The notes below the pieces were generated by a model. It did not search any database, was not told the origin of the DNA, and saw only the letters and a list, made by a program, of their open reading frames with translations. This document shows positions 48,130-58,736 of a DNA stretch of 64,000 bases, piece by piece. The DNA is from an uncultured Actinomycetota bacterium (lineage in GTDB: Bacteria; Actinomycetota; Actinomycetes; JAFAQI01). A program made the position numbers and the translations under genes. The stretch covers positions 416,001 through 480,000 of the forward strand of contig CAVYQE010000002.1 in the NCBI GenBank assembly GCA_963770565.1. The letters run 5' to 3'. How positions within the stretch are numbered: position 1 is the first letter of the stretch; each line of letters begins with the position of its first letter.

Positions 48130-48735
48130 TCAGCCGCGGAGTTCGGTGTAGGGCGATAGATCGATCAGGTCGCCACGGCAGACGCCGACATTCCTCCTTG
48201 CGATCAGGGATGCCGAGGCCCGCGAAGTTTCGACGCGCAGATCGGCCGAGAGGCTAGCGCCACACTCCGCTCCCCGGTCAACGATGAGATAGGCGTAGGC
48301 GGTGCCGCCCGCCGCGACGGCCACGCTTTCGGAATGGAGTGCGCTCGTGGCGCCAGCGACGATCGGCGGGTATGGCCACCTTGTGGATGGGTGAACGCGA
48401 GTCCATGAACGTGGTGCGGAGGTACGTGTCAGGCGCAGGTACGGGTAGCCCTGGAGTGCACAGGCGCGTCGCGAACGGTTGCGGAATCCGAGGACGTACG
48501 CCGATTCGTGATTGTCGACAACGTGCCCAGTGGCATCCATGGTGATCGCGACCACCGCCGGAGCACACCTCGACAGAGGCGTATCGACGAGGCCAACGGG
48601 TGCCGTTGTCCGGGCCGTCGTGGCCCGTGGCGTCGACGTTGGCGGCGTCTGGGTCGGTCCCGACGCCGATCCCGAGCACCCGGTGAGGAGCCACACCGCG
48701 ACGCATGCGGCCGCCACCGACGTGATGCGCATCAT
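48130..48735 (-). CDS. DUF4232-like lipoprotein
   Basis: LTGC lipobox; FRNRSRRACALQGYP. Confidence 0.7.
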   Translation of the reverse strand: MMRITSVAAACVAVWLLTGCSGSASGPTQTPPTSTPRATTARTTAPVGLVDTPLSRCAPAVVAITMDATGHVVDNHESAYVLGFRNRSRRACALQGYPYLRLTRTSAPRSWTRVHPSTRWPYPPIVAGATSALHSESVAVAAGGTAYAYLIVDRGAECGASLSADLRVETSRASASLIARRNVGVCRGDLIDLSPYTELRG

Positions 48736-48798
48736 GACAGTGTGACGTAGTCAAGCCTCTGAAGGTTGGCTCTCACCAATCGGCTTCTGTACCGCGCG

Positions 48799-50151
48799 AT
48801 AGGTGATGCCATAACGGAGCGGGGCCTCCCGCTCCTGTGAGTACCGCAGGAGACTGCGGTTGCTCATAAACCCACATGGTGAGGGAGGCCACCAATGAGT
48901 GACGGTATCGCTAGGAAGAAGCAGTTCGTCGGCGTCGACCTGCATCTGCACCGGTCGGTGATCGTGCGGATCGACAACCGCGGTCGCGAGCTCGAGTGCG
49001 TGCGGATCGACAACTCTGTGTCCGGCCTTGTCGCTGAAGTGGCGAAGGCTGGGCAGGGTGCGCCGGTCGCGATCGAGGCGACATATGGCTGGTACTGGGC
49101 GGTCGACGCGTTGCAGGCGAAGGGTTTCGAGGTGCATCTCGCGCACCCGTACGGGATGAAGCAGATGCGGAAGCGGCGCCGGGTGAAGACTGACCATGCG
49201 GATGCGCTGGAGTTGGCGCGGCTGATGCGGCTTGGTTCACTGCCGGAGGCCTACATCGCCCCGGTCGAGCTTCGGGAGCTGCGGGAGCTGGTCCGCCACC
49301 GCCAGCAGCTGACGAAGGTCGCGACCTGCAACCAAGGGCGGGATCCGCGCCGGGTTGGCGAAGCACGGGATCCGTCTGCCGGTCAGCAAGCTGAACACGG
49401 TTGCTGGGTCGGATCTGCTCGATGAGCTACGGCTTCCGGGCTACTACGGGCAGCGGCTCGCCGCGCAACGCCGGATGATGATGCTCGTCGAAGACGAGCT
49501 GGCTCGGGTGGAGCGCGAGCTGGACCGTCGGTTGAAGACCGACCCGGACTACCGGCGGCTGCAGAGGATCAAAGGGATCGGTCCGATCCTCGCGGCGGTG
49601 TTCGTCGTCGAGATCGGTGATGTGAGCCGGTTCCGCAACGCGGCCGCGATCACCTGCTGGGCCGGGCTGACTCCACGGGTGCATGAGTCCGACCGGCGCC
49701 GACACGACGGCTCGATCAGCAAGGAAGGCTGCGCCCTGGTCCGGTGGGCCGCAGTCGAATCGGTGCAACGCCAATGCGAACCAGTCATCCGAGCCGTCCG
49801 GGACGACATCCTCGCCCGCCGCGGGAAGAGAGCGAAGAACACCGCGAAAGTCGCCGCCGCCAGGCGGATGCTCGAGGTCGTCTACTACACGCTGCGTGAC
49901 GGTGAGGCCCGTTGCCTGACCAAGCCGGTCGCCGCCGCGTGAACACCGTCAAGACTTCGTGCGGGTCGAAGTAGCGGCATGACCCACCCTCGGGTGCGGT
50001 CGACGAAGTGAATGACCCCACGACCCTGGAACCCAGGGACGCTCGCACGGCTTCATGCTGACCACCACGTCGCGAAGGGATGCCTGACAGCAAACTGGCT
50101 GTCGCCGAGCTCTGCCATTTCAAACTGAAGCCGAACCTGACAACCACATAG
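48799..50151 (+). mobile_element. IS110-family element (DEDD recombinase 48895-49942, frameshift near 49330)
   Basis: GVDLH, IEAT, KTDHADA (RuvC DEDD); GIGPI, WAGLTPRVHES; ends inferred from ATAG at 48799-48802 and 50148-50151. Confidence 0.85.
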
Positions 50152-50372
50152 CGACGCCGGCAACACAGTCTGCGTCAACCACGAGACGGCCTCAACACCG
50201 TTCGTCCTCGCGCTCCGCGCTCCGGGCGCTGCGTGTTGACCCCGCCCCGCGATCGACGCCGCCCTTGATCTGCCGACCATCGCCGAAGAACGCTCAAAAC
50301 AAACAGTTGACGGCCCCACTCCGTTCAGGGATGCCGTTCTCGATCGTTCCCGGCCGGCGGACCTGTCGGTGG

Positions 50373-51636
50373 TTACGAGGCGGGTCGCAGGATGGCGAGG
50401 CCGACGGGGCTGGCGTCGCAGTGGCAGCTGGGCGCGAAGGTGCCGATGATAATGAGTCCCTGTCGTGTCCATACGTCGTCGTACAGTCGAGTGAGGTGGC
50501 GGAGTCGCGGTGCGGGGTACCACGTGCGGCTTGCCGGGTCGTAGGCGGCGACGGCGCCTTCGGCGTCAGGGCCGAAGTCTTGACCACCGAAGCCTTCGCC
50601 GCCCTGGATGCCACTGATCACGCGTCCAGTGACGAGGGCGCTGGCCATGTCGCGACGAACGGTGTCATGTGCAGCGTGGTGGTCCTCGTGGTGCCGAGCC
50701 GGATGAGCTGTGGGTCCGGGTCGATGCCAATCCCGCAGAAGGAGCCGAGCGGGCAGTCCTGGCCAGCGATGAGCTGCTGAGGCCCGAAGCTCTGAGCCGT
50801 GTCGACGGTGACCGGGAGTGTCGGCTGGGGCTGTCTTTCCCAGCGGTCGCCGTCGAGGCGGTAGAGGTGCGCGGTCTCATGCCCGCTGGGATCGTTCGCG
50901 GTCAGGAACGCCCAGATGGAGGTGCCCTGCACGTAAGCGGCGGCGGAGCCAGATACGGAAGGCTGGGCAGCCGGGTCCAGGTCGAGCCGTCGACCCGCAT
51001 CGCCTGGCTGTCGTTCATGACAACCGCAAGCTGCGAGTCGGCGACCACGAGTGCGCCTTTGAGAATCTCGGGCGGGTCGAGCATGGTCCACCGGTTCGTG
51101 GCGGGGTTCAGCTCCGCGTCGTGTCCCCAGTCGTCGATGATGATTGCTCGCGAGCCGGTCCACGCTGCCTGCCAGCCGCCGTCGAGACGCAGCTGGGACG
51201 GCGGTGCCGCGAGCCGCCGCCACTGGCCGGTCTGCAGGTCGTAGAGCGCGACGCCGTCCTGACAGGTCTTCGGCCCGTCGGACAGGACGGCCAGAACGCC
51301 GAAGCTGGTCGACAGCACCTGTGAGATGCACTGCGCGATCGACGTCGGAACCGGGGTGACCTTCGACCAACTCCCGTCAGCGATCTGCTGCGCTGACGGT
51401 CCGGTCAGCCGGGCGGCTGGCACGGTCGGCTTCGCTGCGCTGAACGAGCCTGCGATGTCGACCGCGGCGAGCAAGACGAGTGCAACCAAGGCCGCTGACA
51501 GCACGACCGTGACGGACCGACGAGTCCGGCGCTGGCTGGCAGCGCGGTCGAGCATCTCCCGAACCGGCGCCGGCCCAACCGGGAAGCTCGCGCGCCGCTG
51601 GAGCGCATCGCGCAGCACGGCGAGGGAGTCACTCAT
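50373..51636 (-). pseudogene. Membrane-anchored Kelch/beta-propeller-like protein (probable partner of the adjacent ECF sigma), 2 frameshifts
   Basis: MSDSLAV...TM...YDLQTGQWRRLA, AAWTGSRAII, LNPATNRW, AYDPASRTW across three ORFs. Confidence 0.6.
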
Positions 51637-52123
51637 CGCCGACCTCCATCTCATCGCGTGCCTGATCGACCCGAAGCGCGACAAGCGCACGGTGCGCCCG
51701 CGACTTCACCGTCCCAACCGAACACCGCAGCATTCTCGCGATCTCCGCCTCGCTGCAGTCGCAGTAATAACGAAGCACCACCACCGCCCGCTGCTCCGGC
51801 GGAAGCGCGGACAACGCCCGCTCGAGCACCATCGCCGACTCGACCCCGAGCGCTGCATCCGGCGTTGAACGCTCCGGCATCGATAGCGTCGGCACCTCAC
51901 CACGCCACCTGCGCTGCCCGGCCCGCAGCGCGAGCCTGCTCATCACCGTGCGGGTATAGGCGAGCGGGTCGTCCACCGAGGACCACCGGCGGTAGGTCTT
52001 CAACAGCGCAACCTGCGCGAGGTCCTCACCCGCCGCAGGGTCGGGCGCGAGCAGCCGCCCGGTCCGCACCAGCGCGGCCCACGACGACTCCACAAACCGC
52101 GTGAAGTCCTCGTCGTGGCCCAC
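51629..52123 (-). CDS. ECF sigma factor (SigE-like)
   Basis: EDLAQVALLKTYRRW...LPPEQRAVVVLRYY.D.SEAEIA...SVGTVKSR. Confidence 0.9.
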   Translation of the reverse strand: MGHDEDFTRFVESSWAALVRTGRLLAPDPAAGEDLAQVALLKTYRRWSSVDDPLAYTRTVMSRLALRAGQRRWRGEVPTLSMPERSTPDAALGVESAMVLERALSALPPEQRAVVVLRYYCDCSEAEIARMLRCSVGTVKSRAHRALVALRVDQARDEMEVGDE

Positions 52124-52653
52124 ACCTAATAAGAGCACCGATGGCCCGAAGAAGGTTCCCCAAGACACAGTCCTTCTGCAACGGACTGCGGTCACGACCG
52201 ACCGCCGAGTAAGTGCCGCTACCGTCGGGCACCATCCCTGCCGTTCGGATCGGGGCCGCTAGGTGGAAATGAGGTCAGTAGCGCGTTCCAAACCCCGCCG
52301 CAACCTAATCGGCTCGGCCACCGGCATGGACCATACTGCGTCGAACTGTCGGCAAGTCGCGCAATGGGGATCCGCGCCGCCGTCATGTTCACCGCGGTGA
52401 GCTCGTCCACCGGCCATTGCGAGGTCGAACAGCGCGTCGATGGCTTGCCAGGTCACTCCGTCGCCCTGCACCACAAGGCCGTCTCTCGACCCGAAGTCGT
52501 CGTCCGCCTCGAGAATCCGAGCGGCGTTTTAACGCGCGGCATGCGTGGGTCTCGCGCCCGGTCCGTCCACCAAGAGCATCACGCGCGGCAAGCAACGCGT
52601 CCGATGCGTTGCCTTTGCGGAGGTTCTGCAGTCTGAGATAGCGGGACGGCATG

Positions 52654-53346
52654 TCAGCGCCAGTCCGAGCCTGACAGGTTCACACTCGCTGCGCCGTATA
52701 TGTCATCGAAGGTGATCCCACCGAAGTTGATCGCGTTGAGACGCCTCGTGGTGTAGTCGACCGTCACGACCTGTTGCAGTTTCGTATCTCCGAGGTTGTT
52801 CGTCTCAGGGAAATATCCGAAGATCCCGACCTCGCGCAACATTGGATAGTCGCTTTCGTAGGTCTTGATGATCTGGAGCATGTTGTAGACATCTTCCTTC
52901 GCCCCGCCGGTCCGAAGACCCTGCGTCAGGTTGTCCTGGATCAAGAAGGGCACCGACAGGAACCGACCGCTGTACTTCAGGCGGACGATCCGTGGCGAAC
53001 CGGCGTAGATTCGACTTCCCTAGCTTGTTCAAAGGGTGGCTTTGAGCGATGTTGGCGCACTCGGCGATGAGGCTCCAGGTGGCGAAGTCGAGGGCCCGGG
53101 CGATGACGAGGACTTTCCATTAGGGCTGACCGCGTTGCCGATAATGCCGACGACCGCTAGCACTGCCACAACGGTGAGAACAACGGACCATGCGGGATGG
53201 CGCTTTACCCAGGACCGCGAGTCCCCTGGCCAGAAGTTCCAACCTTCCAGTGGCGGGCCCCATGACGGATCGGGGGTCCAGCCGGCCGGTGGCGACCAAC
53301 CAGGCGACGGCGAAGCCGGCCAGTTCGGCGGAGGCGTCCAAGCCAT
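52654..53346 (-). pseudogene. Membrane protein with N-terminal PPPNWP/PW-rich motif, frameshift near 53030
   Basis: MAWTPPPNWPASPSPGWSPPAGWTPDPSWG, TM, continuing in ORF 52654-52953. Confidence 0.55.
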
Positions 53347-53536
53347 GGGGCGGACCATAGACCCTGGCGGGGACGATAGACCCAGGGGAATGATCCGATG
53401 CCGACCACACCCAACTCAGTTGCGCCCGCACACGCACTCCACCGTTTTGGACGCGTGGGGCTAGCGCCTGCCGTAGCTATTCCATGCTGGGTCCCTGCCG
53501 CCGCTGGGGCTCGTCTGCTCGTCGGTGCCAGCTGTT

Positions 53537-54877
53537 TGAATCGCCCTGGGTTGCTTGGAGGCTCCAGACCTTGGAAACGAGGATGGAGTCATGGGGAACG
53601 AAGGCACACCGGGAAGCCGACTACGCGTCGGTACTCACCGGAGGAGAAGGCGCAGGCGGTCCGGTTGGTGCGTCAGCTGCGCAAGGAGCTCGGGCACCGA
53701 GCACGGGACGGTCCAGCGGGTCGCCGAGCAGCTCGGCTCGGGGTGGAGTCGTTGCGGTCTGGGTGAAGCAGGCCGAGATCGATGACGGTCGAGCCGGGCA
53801 CGACGACCGTCGGAGGCGAAGCGGATCAAGGAGCTCGAGCAGGAGAACCGGAGCTGCGGCGGGCGAACGCGATCTCTGAAGTCGGCGTCGGCTTTTTTCG
53901 CGGCGGAGCTCGACCGCCCACAGAGGTGATGGTCGCGTTACATCGACGAGCACCGCGACGAGTTCGGAGTCGAGCCCATCTGCCGCACGTTGCAGGTGGC
54001 TCCGAGCACGTACTACGCGGCGAAGTCCCGGCCGCGTCGTCGGCGCGGGCGGTGCGCGACGCGGTGATGATGCAGGTCCTGATGGTGTTGTGGGTCGCGA
54101 ACCGCAAGGTCTACGGGGCACACAAGCTCTGGAAAGCGGCCCGCGGGCCGGCCATGACATCGGCCGGGATCAGGTCGCCCGACTGATGCGTGAACTGGCC
54201 ATCGAGGGCGTCTCCCGACGCCGCAAGAAGGTGTTCACCACCCGGGCCGATCCCGACGCGATCCGAGCGCCGGATCTCGTCAACCGGAACTTCACCGCCG
54301 ACCGGCCCGACGCGTTGTGGGTCACCGACCTGACCTATGTGCCGACCCGGTCGGGGATGGCGTACGTGTGTTTCATCGTCGACGCGTTCACCCGCCGCAT
54401 CGTTGGCTGGCGGGTCGCGTCGAACATGCGCACCGCGATGGTCCTGGACGCGCTCGAGATGGCCCGCGACGATCCCGCGGCGGGAAACGATTCGTCGGGC
54501 TCGTGACCCATTCCGATGCCGGCGTCGCAATTCACGTCGGTGCGGTTCACGGAGCGACTCGACGAGATCGGCGCACGCCCATCGATCGGCACCGTCGCCG
54601 ATTCGTACGACAACGCGCTGGCTGAGACGACCAACGGGCTCTACAAGACCGAGTGCGTCTACGGACCCGACACCAACGGCTGGGACGACGTCGACGAACT
54701 CGAACTCGCGACGCTGTCATGGGTGCACTGGTTCAACGACGACCGCCTCCACAGCCACTGCAACGACATGCCACCCGCAGAGTTCGAAGACAGCGTTCTA
54801 CGCTGCGCTCGACAGACCGACCAGCGAGGCGGTTGGAATCCAATAACCCGAGCCTCCATCAGACCCAGGGCGATTCA
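53537..54877 (+). mobile_element. IS3-family insertion sequence (orfA/orfB, many indels), 1341 bp
   Basis: TG...CA ends; IRs TGAATCGCCCTGGGT...GGAGGCTC; 3-bp TSD GTT (53534-36, 54878-80); DDE motifs WVTDLTY, HSDAG, DNALAET. Confidence 0.93.
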
Positions 54878-54935
54878 GTTCGGGGGCTGTTGTTCGTTTG
54901 GGTGGCCCTTCTTTTGGCCCTTCCCATCCCTTCCC
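54878..54935 (-). repeat. Right terminal inverted repeat (58 bp)
   Basis: Exact reverse complement of 35110-35167. Confidence 0.96.
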
Positions 54936-54950
54936 GCACTTCGTGCCGGT
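54936..54950 (+). repeat. Right 15-bp target-site duplication
   Basis: GCACTTCGTGCCGGT. Confidence 0.95.
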
Positions 54951-55072
54951 GGGAAGGGATGGGAAGACAGAAACCCCAACACCAGCCACCGACGGAGCAA
55001 GGCCCGGAGCCGGCCTCCCAACCCCTGGCATAGGCACCCCTACAACGGAGCCCCACGCGTCCAGAACGGTGG
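54951..55072 (+). mobile_element. End of a second, related casposon-like element (other end not in window)
   Basis: Starts with the same 16-bp terminus GGGAAGGGATGGGAAG; 55049-55072 matches the reverse complement of 53439-53462 at 23/24 nt. Confidence 0.72.
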
Positions 55073-55092
55073 CGAACAGAGGGGTGAACCCT

Positions 55093-56697
55093 TCAGGGCC
55101 TGGCCGCCGCTTCGGCTGAGAGGTTCAGCGGCGCCGCGCTGGCCACGGCCGACGGGTCGACTCGCCACTCCTCTGGGTGCGTGTCGACGTACAGCTCAAC
55201 GGCGTTGCCGTCGGGATCCGAGACGATGAGCGCCTTGCTCACCCGAAAGTCGAACGCCGCGTGCACAACAACACCCTTGGCATCTAGTGTCGCGCGTCAT
55301 TAGTTCCTTTACATTGGGGTGAGTTCGCGTCATGCTGTGGCATGGCGCTGTTGACTGCAGGTGTGCAGATCCCTGAGGCGGACCGGGCGACGCTTCAGAG
55401 CTGGTCTCGGTCGACGTCGATCAAGGCCGGGCTGGTGACTCGGGCCAGGATCGTCCTTGCTGCCGGTGACGGCTTGGGCACGACCTCGATCGCTTCGAAG
55501 CTTGGGGTGTCCAGGCCGACGGTGATCCAGTGGCGTGAGCGGTATGCCGCCGAAGGCTTGGCCGGGCTGCAGGACGATCCGCGGTCGGGTCGGCCGAAGA
55601 CGGTCGACGACGCGGCGATCCTGGCGATGACGCTCGACCCGCCGCCGGAGCGCCTTGGGGTGACGCACTGGTCCACCCGCCTGCTGGCGGCGGAGCTGAA
55701 GGTCGGCGATGCGACCGTGGCGCGGACGTGGCGCAAGTACTGCGTGCAGCCGTGGCGGCGCGGGACGTTCAAGTTCAGCACCGACCCTGAGTTGGTGGCG
55801 AAGGTCCACGACGTCGTCGGCCTCTACCTGAACCCGCCGGAGAAGGCAGTCGTGCTCTGCGTCGATGAGAAGAGCCAGATCCAGGCACTCGATCGGACCG
55901 CCCCGATCCTGCCGATGCGCCCAGGGCTGCCGGAGAAGGCCACCCACGACTACAAGCGCAACGGCACCGCGACCTTGTTCGCCGCTCTAGAAGTCGCGAC
56001 CGGCAAGGTCACCGACGCCGTCTATGAACGGCACGGAAAAGCCGAGTTCCTCGCGTTCATGAAGCAGGTCGCGAAGGCCTACCCGCGACGTGAGCTCCAC
56101 GTCGTGCTGGACAACTACCACACCCACAAGCACACCGAAGTCCAAGCCTGGCTAGCGAAGAACCCTCGCGTCACCTTGCACTTCACACCCACATCGGGGT
56201 CGTGGATGAACATGGTCGAGATCTTTTTCGGGATCATCACCCGCCAAGCGATCCGGCGCGGCAGCTTCGCCAACGTCAAAGAACTCATGGTCGCGATCAG
56301 CCGCTTCATCGACGGCTGGAACAACCGCTGCCACCCATTCACCTGGACAAAAACGGCGGACGAGATCCTGCCTCACGCCACCCGTCAAGCAACTTCAGAC
56401 GCGCGACACTAGGTCGGCTTTGGCCGCAACGAGCTCGTCCACGGTGTCGCCGATCTTGAACGCGAAGTGGTGCAGCCCGATCGGCCCTCCAGGCCCGTCC
56501 GCATCGCCCTGGACCAAGGCGAGGTCGTGGTGGTTGTCGCCCGTCGACAGGAAGACCATCAGACCTTCGCCGAACTCGCCTCGGCCCACTTCCCGCAGCC
56601 CAAGCACGTCGCCGTAAAACGCCAGCGAGTCCTCGACGTCGCGCACCCGCAGCACGACGTGCCCGACCTTCGAGATGCGGAAACTTGCGCTCGTCAT
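55093..56697 (-). pseudogene. VOC/glyoxalase (catechol dioxygenase-like) gene interrupted by IS630
   Basis: VGHVVLRV...HHDLAL...GLHHFAF | AKGVVV...DPDGNAVELY; removing the IS restores one reading frame. Confidence 0.88.
55284..56412 (+). mobile_element. IS630-family insertion sequence, intact transposase 55342-56412
   Basis: CTAG at both ends; IR CTAGTGTCGCGCGTC / GACGCGCGACACTAG; CVDEK, VLDNY.TH, SWMNMVE (DDE). Confidence 0.95.
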
Positions 56698-56848
56698 CGG
56701 TCTCCGTTCGCACCCGGACGGAACGGCCTGACATTACCGCAGGTTCGTGCCCGTTCCCATATCGCAAGTACCGCTCTTAGGCGGCGAAGCTCTGGCGCCT
56801 CGAGGTGGCGTCCCTTGTCGGTCTGAACGTCAGGAGACCGTCGGCTCG

Positions 56849-57928
56849 TCATGTGAGATCAAGCGCCCGGCTCCGACCTTCGTCGCTACTCAGGGCCGCC
56901 TCGTCGGATGGTGGGTTCAACTTTGGGACGGTCGCCAGGGTGATCGCGAATCGGCAGCCATTGTCGGTGTTGGTGGCGTCGATCGTGCCACCGTGCGCTT
57001 GAACGATCGCGCGGGCAATCGCCAGCCCCAGGCCGGCGCCTCGGTCGGGTACCGGCGTACGCGCGGCACCGCCTCGGAACGCGATGTCGAATACTCGGGC
57101 AAGGTGCTCGTCAGGGATCCCGCCGCACTCGTCCTGCACGGCAATCACCGTCTGGCCGGCGGCAACGCGATTGGTGATCAGGATCGTGCCGCCGGGCGGT
57201 GTGTGTTGGATGCCGTTGGATAGCAGGTTGCGCAGCACCCGGTCGAACTCGTCGGCATCGACCTCGACGGTGGCCTCGACGACTTCGTCGGCGATCCGGA
57301 TCTGCCTCGCAGCGGCGAGAGCGGACGCGGTCGGCAGTGCCTGCGCGACGAGGTCGGTGACGGCGATCTGCTCACGCTGCAAAGTCAGAGTGCCGCTGTG
57401 CAGGCGCGCGAGCTCGAACAATCCGTCGACCATCGCGGTGAGCCGGACCGACTCGTCGCGGATCCCGCGGTGGTAGCACCCGACCGTTTCCTCGTCGGTG
57501 ACGACGCCGTCCTCGAGGGCCTCCGCCATCGCACGGATACCCGCGATTGGTGTGCGCAGGTCATGTGACATCCACGCGACCAGCTCGCGACGGTTGGCTT
57601 CGGCGGTGCGATCGGACTCGTACCGTGCGACCGCTTGTGCACTCGCCTTGATCGTCGAGGTCACCCCGCGGCCGACGCCGTACGCGCATGTGCCTGCGAC
57701 CAGCGCCGAGACGATCACGACGACGACCAGCACCGCGCTGTCATGGGCGGTGATAGTCATCGTCTCGGCGGCGGCGATGACCCCGGCAATGGTGGACAGG
57801 GTGGCGACCGCGACCGTGGCGACGATCAAGGCAGAGCTGACCCGGCGGCGCAACAGCCAGACCGCTGCCGCGCACGCGAGGCCGGTGACCAAAGCAGCGG
57901 TAGCGGAGATCACGATCATGTGCGTCAT
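56849..57928 (-). CDS. Sensor histidine kinase
   Basis: Two TMs; [27 protein letters not shown]. Confidence 0.92.
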   Translation of the reverse strand: MTHMIVISATAALVTGLACAAAVWLLRRRVSSALIVATVAVATLSTIAGVIAAAETMTITAHDSAVLVVVVIVSALVAGTCAYGVGRGVTSTIKASAQAVARYESDRTAEANRRELVAWMSHDLRTPIAGIRAMAEALEDGVVTDEETVGCYHRGIRDESVRLTAMVDGLFELARLHSGTLTLQREQIAVTDLVAQALPTASALAAARQIRIADEVVEATVEVDADEFDRVLRNLLSNGIQHTPPGGTILITNRVAAGQTVIAVQDECGGIPDEHLARVFDIAFRGGAARTPVPDRGAGLGLAIARAIVQAHGGTIDATNTDNGCRFAITLATVPKLNPPSDEAALSSDEGRSRALDLT

Positions 57929-58617
57929 GGCGGATCGGCCGGCTCGTATCGATAGCCGACACCCCAGACCGTGAGCAGCCGGGCTGGCCGGCCCGGATCG
58001 GCTTCGATCTTCTCCCGCAACCGGCGGACGTGAACGGTGACGGTGGACACGTCACCGAAGCTCCATCCCCACACTCGCTCGAACAACTGCTCCCGGCTGA
58101 ACGCGGTCTGGGGATGACGTACGAGGTAGGAGAGCAGGTCGTACTCGCGTGCGGTGAGCCAGACCACCTCGCCGTCCTTGGTGACCTGGTGCGCCGCGTC
58201 GTCAATGACCAGGTCGCCGTCGACCAGGCGAGTGTCGCTCCTCGCGACCAGCGGACCGGACGCGCGCCGCAGTACGGCCTCGACACGGAGCGCGAGCTCC
58301 CGCGGGCTGAACGGTTTCGTCACGTAGTCGTCGGCACCGAGCTCGAGGCCTGCGACCCGGTCGGTCTCGTCGCTGCGGGCCGTCAGCATGATGACCGGAA
58401 CCGGCCCGGCCTCGCGGAGCCGGCGGCAGACGTCGAGGCCGGACATCGAGGGAAGCATCAGGTCGAGCACGACCAGATCAGGTGCGTGTGCAAAGGCCCA
58501 CTGCAGGGCGCGCAGGCCATCGCCGATTACTTCGACGTCGTGACCGTCACGAATGAGGTAGCGCGCGACGACGTCGCTCACGGTCGGATCGTCATCGACG
58601 ACAAGGACATGCCCCAC
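57925..58617 (-). CDS. OmpR-family response regulator
   Basis: [39 protein letters not shown]. Confidence 0.94.
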   Translation of the reverse strand: MGHVLVVDDDPTVSDVVARYLIRDGHDVEVIGDGLRALQWAFAHAPDLVVLDLMLPSMSGLDVCRRLREAGPVPVIMLTARSDETDRVAGLELGADDYVTKPFSPRELALRVEAVLRRASGPLVARSDTRLVDGDLVIDDAAHQVTKDGEVVWLTAREYDLLSYLVRHPQTAFSREQLFERVWGWSFGDVSTVTVHVRRLREKIEADPGRPARLLTVWGVGYRYEPADPP

Positions 58618-58736
58618 AGGTCGAGGTTAGGCGCCCAGGCGGGATCCCCAAAGCCCGTTAAGGATTCCGTAAGCGGTGACGGACAACGGAGGGGACGGCA
58701 GCTGTCCGCTGCCGCCCCCTCCGTCAGGTTGGATCG

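Larger units (their letters stand above)
35110..54935. mobile_element. Casposon (Cas1-dependent self-synthesizing transposon), 19,826 bp
   Basis: 58-bp perfect TIRs, 15-bp TSD, tRNA 3'-end target, solo cas1, polB-like gene, HNH-like and HTH/RHH genes. Confidence 0.93.

Noticed and set aside
35095-54966. 31-bp direct repeat (35095-35125 vs 54936-54966) read as attL/attR of the tyrosine integrase
   Set aside because: It splits exactly into a 15-bp TSD plus a 16-bp TIR terminus, it barely overlaps the tRNA, and an att model does not explain the 58-bp inverted repeats or the cas1/polB content
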